From Myxococcota bacterium (lineage in GTDB: Bacteria > Myxococcota_A > UBA9160 > UBA6930): a stretch of 64,000 nt of DNA. Each line of letters begins with the position of its first letter. Position 1 is the first letter of the stretch. The stretch covers positions 3,808,001 through 3,872,000 of the forward strand of contig OZ245002.1 of assembly GCA_965223415.1 (NCBI GenBank), written 5' to 3'. This document shows positions 29,457-37,223 of this stretch, piece after piece. The position numbers and the translations under genes were made by a program. The notes beneath the pieces are model-generated. The model saw only the letters and a program-made list of their open reading frames with translations, was not told where the DNA came from and made no database searches.

Positions 29457-30092
29457 TCAGCTCCGGATACGCCCCCGAGCCGCGAGGGCCGCGAGGCCCA
29501 GCCCGACGAGAGCCAGCGTGGACGCCTCGGGCACGCCGACGAAGGAGATGCTCTTGAACACGGTGATCTTCTTCCCGCCGTGGAAGAAGTGGAACATCTC
29601 CTCCTTGGCGGCCGTGATCGTGGCCGTGTCGCCGACCACGGTCACGGTGCCGCTCGCCGACGGAACCGTGGAGACGACGTTGAGCGGTCCGAGGTCCCCA
29701 AGAAGGCCTCCGGTGAGGCTCACCATGGCGTCCACGTCGAAGGCGCCTCCCGCCCAGTCCCAGGCGCCGGCGCCCGTGGGCGTGGCGGGCGCCGAGAAGC
29801 CCGGCGCGCTGGTCACGGTGACGTCGATGTCGAGGATGCCGAGCAGGAGCCCGAGGTCGATCGAGTCGCTCACGTCCCACATCACGTCGGTGACGGCCGG
29901 GATCATGTCGTCGAAGGTCGTCGACGTGCCCACGAGGGGCGCCGTGGTGCTCAAGACCGTGGATCCGTCGACGTCGATCTCGAGCAGGGCCGAGCCGCTC
30001 ACGAAGTCGTACGTGATCGGCGAGGCCGCCGCGGGGGAGCCGGCGAGGCACGGCAGCGCGAAGCCGAGGAGGAAGGCCTGAAGGGTACGCAT
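29457..30092 (-). CDS. PEP-CTERM sorting-domain protein (VPEA variant), paralog of 28470-29141
   Basis: Signal peptide; ITYDFVSGS...FDDMIPAV vs VTYTFSSGD...FDDMAPSI; VPEASTLALVGLGLAALAARGRIRS. Confidence 0.88.
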   Translation of the reverse strand: MRTLQAFLLGFALPCLAGSPAAASPITYDFVSGSALLEIDVDGSTVLSTTAPLVGTSTTFDDMIPAVTDVMWDVSDSIDLGLLLGILDIDVTVTSAPGFSAPATPTGAGAWDWAGGAFDVDAMVSLTGGLLGDLGPLNVVSTVPSASGTVTVVGDTATITAAKEEMFHFFHGGKKITVFKSISFVGVPEASTLALVGLGLAALAARGRIRS

Positions 30093-30122
30093 GGGGTTCC
30101 CCCTCATCCTGGGCCATGAGAA

Positions 30123-30138
30123 AGCAAGTCGCATGCCG
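30123..30138 (-). promoter_or_regulatory. Sigma-54 (-24/-12) promoter
   Basis: Minus strand CGGCAT-GCGAC-TTGCT, about 30 nt upstream of ATG 30092. Confidence 0.8.
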
Positions 30139-30201
30139 CTCGGGTTCGCTCTCCAACCGACTGGAAATGCAGCGCCTTTGATCGGGCCGGAAGCCTGAAA
30201 T

Positions 30202-30238
30202 GGAACTTCGGTTCCATTTTTTGTGGAACGACTTTTCC
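30202..30238. promoter_or_regulatory. Candidate enhancer (UAS): two GGAA-N6-TTCC palindromes
   Basis: GGAA-CTTCGG-TTCC (30202) and GGAA-CGACTT-TTCC (30225), 23 bp apart. Confidence 0.7.
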
Positions 30239-30263
30239 CTCCGCCCTGTGCAATGATCCGTCT

Positions 30264-31142
30264 GTGCTGCGTGCCCTCGATCACGTGATCCTGGCCGTGG
30301 AGGATCTTCCCGCCGCGACCCGCAGCTACGTCCGCTTGCTGGGCCGCACGCCGTCCTGGCGGGGAGAGCATCCCGCCATGGGCACCGCCAACGCCTTGTT
30401 CCGCCTCTCGAACATGTACCTGGAGCTGCTGGCCCCGGAGGGAGAGGGCCCGGTCGCGGACATGCTGCGCCGGCGGATCGCCGAGCACGGCGAGGGGCCG
30501 GCGGGCCTGGCCTTCCGCACCGATGACGCGGCCGCGTGCCACGACGCATGGGCGAAGGCCGGGCTCCACCCGGCCGAGCCCGCACCCGGCCTCGGCCGCG
30601 ATGTCGAGTCCGGCGCCTTTCGCGAGTGGAGCAACGTGCACCTGCCGCCGGAGGACACGCGCGGGGTGCTCCTCTTCGCCATCGAGCACCGCACGCCGGA
30701 CGACGTGCTCAGCGAAGCACGCCCCATGGCCGACGAGGCCGCCTGCATCGGCGGGCTCGACCACGCGGTCGTCCAGACCCGCGATCCCGAGGCGGCCATC
30801 CATCTCTACGGCGAGCAGCTCGGCCTTCGCCTCGGCCTCGACCGGGAGTTTCCCCAGTGGGGGTCCCGACTGATCTTCTTCCGCGTCGGCGGCGTCACCG
30901 TCGAGATCGCCGCCCGGCTGAAGGAGGACGGTGAGGCGTCGGCCTCCCGGGACCGGGACTGGCTGTGGGGGCTCTCCTGGAGAGTGAGCGACGCGGACGC
31001 CGCCCGGGCGCGCATGGCCGAGGCCGGCCTCGATGTCTCCGACGTGCGCGATGGCCGCAAGCCTGGCACGAAGGTGTTCACGGTACGTGGGCCGACCCAC
31101 GGGGTACCGACCCTGGTGAAGCAACCCGCCCCGCGGGATTGA
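30264..31142 (+). CDS. Tandem VOC/glyoxalase-family protein
   Basis: LDHVILAVEDL...LELLAP and a second LDHAVVQT...VEI module. Confidence 0.82.
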   Translation: MLRALDHVILAVEDLPAATRSYVRLLGRTPSWRGEHPAMGTANALFRLSNMYLELLAPEGEGPVADMLRRRIAEHGEGPAGLAFRTDDAAACHDAWAKAGLHPAEPAPGLGRDVESGAFREWSNVHLPPEDTRGVLLFAIEHRTPDDVLSEARPMADEAACIGGLDHAVVQTRDPEAAIHLYGEQLGLRLGLDREFPQWGSRLIFFRVGGVTVEIAARLKEDGEASASRDRDWLWGLSWRVSDADAARARMAEAGLDVSDVRDGRKPGTKVFTVRGPTHGVPTLVKQPAPRD

Positions 31143-31184
31143 GTCGAGCTTGACAAATCCCCGCTGGGACGGAGCTTTTCACCC

Positions 31185-32147
31185 ATGGCGCAAACGCACG
31201 ATGGCCTGCCGGGCGATCTCGAAGGCGCGATCCTCGAGCTGAAGGAGCGGCAGAACGCCGTCGTCCTCGCGCACTACTACCAGGAAGACGAGGTCCAGGA
31301 CCTGGCGGACTTCGTCGGCGATTCCCTGGCGCTCGCCCAGGCCGCCTCCCGGGTCGACAAGGACGTCATCGTCTTCTGCGGCGTCCACTTCATGGCGGAG
31401 ACGGCGAAGATCCTGAACCCGGATCGCAAGGTCGTCGTCCCCGACCTCGCGGCCGGCTGCTCCCTGGCCGACGGCTGTCCGCCGGACGAGTTCCAGGAGT
31501 TCATCGACCAGCACCCCGGTGCGAAGGTGCTCTCCTACATCAACTGCTCTGCCCAGGTGAAGGCGATGAGCGATCTCATCTGCACCTCGTCGAACGCGGT
31601 GAAGATGGCCCGCGAGTTCGCCGGCCAGCCCCTGATCGTGGCGCCGGATCGCCACCTGGCCCGCTGGATCGGCCAGCAGGCGAACCGGGACGACCTGATC
31701 GTCTGGCAGGGCGCCTGCATCGTGCACGAGCAGTTCAGCGCCAAGGAGCTGGCCAAGCTGAAGGTGCGTCACCCGGACGCCGAGGTGCTCGCCCATCCCG
31801 AGTGCGAGGCGTCGGTGCTCGACCAGGCGGACTTCATCGCGTCCACCTCGGGCATCATCGCCCGCGCCGTCGAGTCGCCGGCGGAGATCCTCGTCATCGC
31901 CACCGAGGACGGCGTCTTCCACCAGATCGAGAAGAAGCTCGAGGCCGAGGGCAAGAAGAAGACCCTCATCCAGGCCCCGGGCATGGACGAGAGCTGCGCC
32001 TGCAACCGCTGCCCGTTCATGCGCCTGAACACCCTCGAGAAGCTCTACCTCTGCCTGCGCGACCTCGAGCCCGAGGTCACCGTCCCCGAGGACGTGCGCG
32101 TCCGCGCCCTGGCGCCGATCGAGCGCATGCTGGAGCTGTCGGCCTAG
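31185..32147 (+). CDS. nadA: Quinolinate synthase
   Basis: LAHYYQ, GDSLAL, FCGVHFMAETAKILNP, GCSLAD, YINCSA, CIVHE, AHPEC, CPFM. Confidence 0.97.
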   Translation: MAQTHDGLPGDLEGAILELKERQNAVVLAHYYQEDEVQDLADFVGDSLALAQAASRVDKDVIVFCGVHFMAETAKILNPDRKVVVPDLAAGCSLADGCPPDEFQEFIDQHPGAKVLSYINCSAQVKAMSDLICTSSNAVKMAREFAGQPLIVAPDRHLARWIGQQANRDDLIVWQGACIVHEQFSAKELAKLKVRHPDAEVLAHPECEASVLDQADFIASTSGIIARAVESPAEILVIATEDGVFHQIEKKLEAEGKKKTLIQAPGMDESCACNRCPFMRLNTLEKLYLCLRDLEPEVTVPEDVRVRALAPIERMLELSA

Positions 32148-32163
32148 CTTCGGCCGTCGTTCC

Positions 32164-32682
32164 CGGGGCCTCTCGTGCGCGACACCGGGGCGAGGCCGGG
32201 GCCGGCATTGCCTCTCTCCGCTCCTTCTTCGAGGCAACGCGTGGCACCTGCCCTCCGGGCAGGGACCGGGTGCTCCGAGGTCCATCGCAGCTCCGGGCCC
32301 TCGCGGCGTTGAGCCCGCCGGGCACCAGGGCACCGGGGCTCGCTCGACGTCGCTGCGCACCGGCAACGCCACCCCCGGCCTCAGGACCTCGGTGGTTCGC
32401 TAGGGCCCTCGGCTCCAGGGAGCCAGCCTCTTGAGCGACGCGCCGTGGTCGACGAGGCGTGTGTCAGGCCGGGGGGCGGGTGTCGATCGGAGCGGAGCCC
32501 ACCCGCCCCGAACCCCGTCGTCCCTCGATGCGACAACGCCGAGTGGCCCGGAGCTGCGATCGACCCGGTGCCCCCGGTCTCTGACTCGAGGGCCTGCGCC
32601 GCGCGTTGCCGAAGCGCTGGCGGAGTCGGAGAGCGACACCCGGCGCCCGGCCCCGCCCCGGTGTCGCGCACGAGAGGCCCCG
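32164..32682. repeat. Giant imperfect inverted repeat filling the nadA-ferredoxin intergenic region
   Basis: Outer 29 bp CGGGGCCTCTCGTGCGCGACACCGGGGCG match exactly; inner blocks GGCAACGCG, ATCGCAGCTCCGGGCC and CCCCCGGCCT also match in inverted orientation; arms about 230 bp. Confidence 0.85.
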
Positions 32683-32697
32683 CAAGAGACGTCCCGA

Positions 32698-32922
32698 TCA
32701 CGACTCGTAGAGCTTGACGACCTCGACGCTGCCCTTGGGCGCGGCCTCGATGCAGAGATCGCAGAGCACGCACTCGTCCAGGTTCTCCTCGACGATCCGG
32801 AGGCTCCCGTCGTCGTTCTGGGCGAAGATGTCGACGGCGCACACCTCGACGAGCTTCTTGGCCGTCTCGGCGTCCTTCGCGGCTTCGTCGGCGACCTTGA
32901 CGTCGATGAAGAGTCCGGGCAT
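32698..32922 (-). CDS. Small 4Fe-4S ferredoxin-like protein
   Basis: VCAV plus CVLCDLC; TGATG overlap with the upstream alpha-subunit gene. Confidence 0.8.
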   Translation of the reverse strand: MPGLFIDVKVADEAAKDAETAKKLVEVCAVDIFAQNDDGSLRIVEENLDECVLCDLCIEAAPKGSVEVVKLYES

Positions 32923-33830
32923 CAGCTGGCTCCCATGCGCTTGCGCAGGAGATCCGGGATCTCCTCGATGCGCTCTGCCACCGAGATGCCGGCGGCTTCC
33001 ATGCGCTCGATCTTCTCGGCCGTGGTGTCTTCCTTGCCCTCGACGATGGTTCCGGCGTGGCCGAAGCGCATGCCCTTCATCTCGTCCATGAAGCGGCCGG
33101 CCATGAAGGCGACGATCGGGAGGCGCGAGTCGTTCTGCTTGACCCACTCGGCGAGCTCGGCCTCCATGCGGCCGCCGGGCTCTGAGTAGATGGCGATGGC
33201 CTCCGTCTCCGGATCCGCCTCGAAGTAGGCCATCAGCTCGGCGTAGGTGGTGCCGACGATCGCGTCGCCGCCGATCGAGACGCAGGTGCTCTGGCCGAGG
33301 CCGGCGGCGGTCAGCGTCGAGGCGATCTCGGTGGTCATTCCGCCCGAGCGCGACATCACGCCGATCGGTCCCTTCCTGTAGGCCTGCTTGGTGTTGGCGG
33401 CGGGGCCGCCGACGCCGCCCATCTTGGCCTCGTCCGGCGAGATGATGCCCAGGCAGTTCGGTCCGATGATGCGCGCGCCGCGCAGGTTCGCGAGCTCGAC
33501 CATCTGCGCCACCTGGCGGCGTGGGATGTTCTCGGTCACCACCACGATCAGCTGGATGCCGTTCTCGATGGCCTCGAACACGGCGTCCCGGGTGAAACGC
33601 GGCGGTACGGAGACGATCGAGCCGCCCGGGGGGCCACCCTGGGCGTCGCAGATCTCCTTCACGCAGTTGTAGACGGGCACGCCGTAGACGTCGCGCCCGG
33701 CGCGTCCGGGCGTCACCCCGCCGACGATCTTCGCGCCGTAAGCCAGGTTCTCGCGGGTCAGGTTCACGGCCTCGCGGCCGGTGATGCCCTGGATGATGAA
33801 GGTCGTGTCCCTGGAGATGAAGATCGACAT
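32922..33830 (-). CDS. Succinate-CoA ligase alpha-subunit-like protein (SucD family)
   Basis: QGITG, VGGVTPG, IIGPNCLG, SRSGGMT, IGGDAI, phospho-His motif FGHAG. Confidence 0.88.
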   Translation of the reverse strand: MSIFISRDTTFIIQGITGREAVNLTRENLAYGAKIVGGVTPGRAGRDVYGVPVYNCVKEICDAQGGPPGGSIVSVPPRFTRDAVFEAIENGIQLIVVVTENIPRRQVAQMVELANLRGARIIGPNCLGIISPDEAKMGGVGGPAANTKQAYRKGPIGVMSRSGGMTTEIASTLTAAGLGQSTCVSIGGDAIVGTTYAELMAYFEADPETEAIAIYSEPGGRMEAELAEWVKQNDSRLPIVAFMAGRFMDEMKGMRFGHAGTIVEGKEDTTAEKIERMEAAGISVAERIEEIPDLLRKRMGAS

Positions 33831-33838
33831 CGGGCCCT

Positions 33839-35035
33839 CTACAGCTTCGCCACGGCGCGGCCCGCCGCTTCGTACATGGAGACGGAGCGGTCGCAGTACT
33901 CGACCCCGTACTTCTCGAGGATCTTGAAGCCCTCCTCCTCCCACGCTCCCGGAATGCGGAAGATCGAGATCACCTCCGCCGGGTCCTTGCCGCTCTCGAG
34001 GCAGCCCTTGATCACGCCCCGGGCCACGATGTCGACGCGGGTGTTGGAGACGACGTTCATCATCACCGCGATCTTCTCGACGCCGGGCTTGCCCAGGATC
34101 AGCTTGGTCAGGTTGCACGCCTTGCCGACGCTCGGGTTGCCACCGATCTCGCAGTAGTTGGCGGGCTTGCCCCCGTGCTTGCGCACCGCGTCGAAGAGGG
34201 TGAGGGAGCCGCCGCCGGCGCCAATGATGAGGCCCAGGTTGCCGTCGAACTCCACCACGTTTCCAGCCACGCCGCGGTGGTCCACCGCGTTGAGCCGTGC
34301 GCCCTCCAGCTCGAAGGGGGTGGGCGGCCGGGCCTGGCGGGTCTCGTCCTCGCCGATGCCGAGCTCCTCGAGCAGCGCCTGGTGGTCGCCCCGCGCCTCG
34401 GCCTCCATGTCCACGTGGCCGTCGAGGACGATGAACGAGCCGTTCTCGAGCTTCGCCAGCGGGTTGATCTCGGCCAGGGTGAGGTCGTACTCGAGGAACA
34501 GCTGGATCAGCTTGTAGACGATCGGCACCAGCCGGTTGAGATCGCTCCCCGAGACGCCCACCGCCGAGATCGCCTCCTTGGCGATGCGCTCGGACAGCGG
34601 GAGGATCGTCGAGAAGTGGGTGCGGGAGAGGTGCTCCGGATGGGTCTCCGCCACCTCTTCGATGTCGATGCCGCCCATGTCGCTGAAGAGCAGCACGGGC
34701 AGCTTGCGGCGGCCGTCCCAGGTGACCGACACGAAGTACTCGTGGGCGACCGGGCTCTTGGCTTCGACCAGCACCGAGCGCGCGGTCTCGCCGTTCACCA
34801 CGATCGGCAGCACGTGCTCGTACTTCGCGGCCGCCTCCTCCGGCGTGTCGGCGAACTGGACGGCACCCGCCTTCATGCGCCCGCCCGAGAGCACCTGGCT
34901 CTTGACCACGACCGGGCCCGCGATCGCCTCGGCGGCGGCGCGGGCCTCGTCGGGGGAGCCGACCACGCGGCCTTCGCCGAGGGGCATGCCGTGGCGGCGG
35001 AAGAGCGCCTTGGACTCGTACTCGTAGAAGCGCAT
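33839..35035 (-). CDS. Succinate-CoA ligase beta-subunit-like ATP-grasp protein (atypical)
   Basis: YEYESKALF, VVKSQVLSGGRMKAG, GGIDIEE, AEINPL; C-terminal GAGGG and ANYCEIGGNP differ from canonical SucC. Confidence 0.88.
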   Translation of the reverse strand: MRFYEYESKALFRRHGMPLGEGRVVGSPDEARAAAEAIAGPVVVKSQVLSGGRMKAGAVQFADTPEEAAAKYEHVLPIVVNGETARSVLVEAKSPVAHEYFVSVTWDGRRKLPVLLFSDMGGIDIEEVAETHPEHLSRTHFSTILPLSERIAKEAISAVGVSGSDLNRLVPIVYKLIQLFLEYDLTLAEINPLAKLENGSFIVLDGHVDMEAEARGDHQALLEELGIGEDETRQARPPTPFELEGARLNAVDHRGVAGNVVEFDGNLGLIIGAGGGSLTLFDAVRKHGGKPANYCEIGGNPSVGKACNLTKLILGKPGVEKIAVMMNVVSNTRVDIVARGVIKGCLESGKDPAEVISIFRIPGAWEEEGFKILEKYGVEYCDRSVSMYEAAGRAVAKL

Positions 35036-35174
35036 GCAGGTCTCCAGCCGCGAGGGCCCCGGGGGAACGGCGGGGCAGCGTACCACCGGGTCCCCGCCCT
35101 TCAAGGGCCCCCGGGCGGGCTCCCGAGCCGGTGTTAACCTCCCCCTCCTTCGCGAAACGAGGAGCCGAGCGCCG

Positions 35175-36341
35175 ATGCCGACCGTCCCCGCCTACTCGAT
35201 CACCACCGAGGCCATCGCCAAGGAGCAGGAGCGCGTCGGCTCCGATCCCTCCCAGTTCGACGTCTCCAACGTCCTGCAGCTCGATGAGCTCGAGCTCTCG
35301 CCCGTCGGGCCGAACGACGTGCGGATGAAGGTCCTGGCGGTCTCGGCCGAGCACAACATCGACCACGCGACGACTGCCGACACGATCAACATCGCCGACG
35401 CCCGGGGCGGCAAGATCTACCCGGGCAACAGTGCTACGGGCGAGGTGCTCGAGGTCGGCGCCAACGTGACGAAGTTCGTCCCCGGCGACATCGTCATCAC
35501 CCACTGCAACGGAGGGGCGGACGAGTACGGCTTTCCCCTGCGGATCTATGGCTACGACGCCGAGGACTCGATCGGCTGGTACGCCAAGGAGGCGGTGGTC
35601 ACCGACTGGCAGCTGATCAAGGCGCCGCTCGACTGCGGGCTCAACCTGTGGGAGATCGCCGCGCTGCCCCTGCGCGCGCCCACCGCCTACCACCTGTGGC
35701 GCCGCGCGATCGGCATCTACCGGGTGAAGGTCCCCTACGAGCGGCGCGCCCGGATCAACGTGCTGGGCTTCGGCGGCGGCGTCTCCGAGCTCTTCCTGAT
35801 GCTCGCCAAGGCCGAGGGCCACAACGCCTTCTTCTGCTCCGGAAGCCCCGAGCGCCGCGCCGCCCTCGAGAAGCTGGGCATCGTGGGCATCGACCAGAAG
35901 GCCTTCAACCGCTTCGCCAGCCGCGACGACGTGCGCGCCTTCACCAAGGAGTGCCGCCGGCTCACCGACGGCGAGCTGATGCACGCGGTTTGCGACATGC
36001 TGCGGGGCCCGGTCTTCGCCGCCGGCCTCGCGTGCACGGCGCGGCAAGCCGTGAACGTCAGCGCCGGATGGCAGCTCTCCCAGCAGGTCGAGTACAACTC
36101 GACGCTGATGTCGGTGAAGCAGGTGACCATCGACCACACCCACTACGAGACGCCCGAGGGCTGCGAGGCGGCGACCGAGCTCTACGGCAGCGTCTTCAAG
36201 CCGACCCTCCACGACGAGATCTACCGCTGGGACGACCTCCCGCGGGCCCACCAGGAGATGCACCTCAACACCCAGACGGGCATCCCGATCGTCCGCATCG
36301 CCGACGACATGCCGGAGGCGGTGAAGGGCCTCGTTCCCTGA
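35175..36341 (+). CDS. Divergent crotonyl-CoA carboxylase/reductase-like MDR enzyme
   Basis: MDR fold; blocks [35 protein letters not shown] and EIYRWDDLPRAHQEM parallel recalled Ccr blocks; RBS GAGGAG before ATG 35175. Confidence 0.7.
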   Translation: MPTVPAYSITTEAIAKEQERVGSDPSQFDVSNVLQLDELELSPVGPNDVRMKVLAVSAEHNIDHATTADTINIADARGGKIYPGNSATGEVLEVGANVTKFVPGDIVITHCNGGADEYGFPLRIYGYDAEDSIGWYAKEAVVTDWQLIKAPLDCGLNLWEIAALPLRAPTAYHLWRRAIGIYRVKVPYERRARINVLGFGGGVSELFLMLAKAEGHNAFFCSGSPERRAALEKLGIVGIDQKAFNRFASRDDVRAFTKECRRLTDGELMHAVCDMLRGPVFAAGLACTARQAVNVSAGWQLSQQVEYNSTLMSVKQVTIDHTHYETPEGCEAATELYGSVFKPTLHDEIYRWDDLPRAHQEMHLNTQTGIPIVRIADDMPEAVKGLVP

Positions 36342-37222
36342 GCCGATGGATCGCCTTCGCGGTCCTCGTGCTGCTGGTGCCGCTGCTCTACCGCATCGGG
36401 CGGTACGCGCCGCTGTTCGAGGAGCGCGCGGCGCTCGCGATCGATCGGAGCGCGGAGGGCCGCTCCCGCCAGGCTGCGGCGCCCCGGCGCGTGCTGCTCG
36501 TCTCGATCGACGGGCTGGGCCCGAGCCTGCTGGCGGAGGTGCCCACCCCCTTTCTCGATCGCCTCGCAGCCGATGGCCTGCAGGCGGAGGCAGTGACCAC
36601 CGTAGTGCCACCGGTCACCCTCACCTCCCACGCGAGCATGCTCTCCGGCCTCCCGCCGGAGGAGCACGGCGTCTTCTTCAACCGGGTCGAGCCCTGGCGC
36701 GAGCTGCGTTTCGCCACGATCTACACCGATTGCGCCCGGGCCCGCCTGCGCTGCGGCCTCTTCGCCGGCAAGCGCAAGTTCGTCCACTTCGCCGAGCACG
36801 AGCCCGGCGTCGAGCGCTACCAGTACGGCGCCAACGCCGCCGAGGTGCTGTGCCACGCCCTCCGCTACGCGCACCAGCGCGATCCGGACTTCCTGTTCGT
36901 GCACCTCGCGGAGGTGGATCTTACAGGTCACACCGAGGGCTGGGGAAGCGGCCTTCAGGCGCGGGCGCTGCAGGAAATCGATACCCGGCTCGCCGCCTTC
37001 GTCGCGGTCCTGGCGGAGCTCCCGCGGCCCCTCGTCGTGTTGGTCACCAGCGAACACGGCGGCAGTGGGACGAGCCATCACGAGGATACGCCCGCGAACC
37101 GCGAGATCCCCTGGATCCTGTGGGGCGATGGCGTCACCACCGACATCTCGCCGGCTGCCAGCACGCTCGACACCTACACGGCACTTCAGGGATTTCTGCT
37201 GCGATCGGCTCCTGGCAGCTGA
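36338..37222 (+). CDS. Alkaline phosphatase/NPP superfamily protein with N-terminal TM (start uncertain)
   Basis: VLLVSIDGL, PPVTLTSHASMLSG, VDLTGH, TSEHGG; start either CTG 36338 (coupled) or GTG 36368. Confidence 0.8.
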   Translation: MSRWIAFAVLVLLVPLLYRIGRYAPLFEERAALAIDRSAEGRSRQAAAPRRVLLVSIDGLGPSLLAEVPTPFLDRLAADGLQAEAVTTVVPPVTLTSHASMLSGLPPEEHGVFFNRVEPWRELRFATIYTDCARARLRCGLFAGKRKFVHFAEHEPGVERYQYGANAAEVLCHALRYAHQRDPDFLFVHLAEVDLTGHTEGWGSGLQARALQEIDTRLAAFVAVLAELPRPLVVLVTSEHGGSGTSHHEDTPANREIPWILWGDGVTTDISPAASTLDTYTALQGFLLRSAPGS

Positions 37223-37223
37223 C

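Noticed and set aside
30264..31142. VOC protein as ethylmalonyl/methylmalonyl-CoA epimerase
   Set aside because: The fold is compatible, but it is twice the usual length and the second His ligand is not evident; left as generic VOC.
31150..31184. TTGACA upstream of nadA (also at 53543 upstream of the acyl-CoA synthetase)
   Set aside because: Perfect -35 but only weak -10 matches; not enough to call a promoter.
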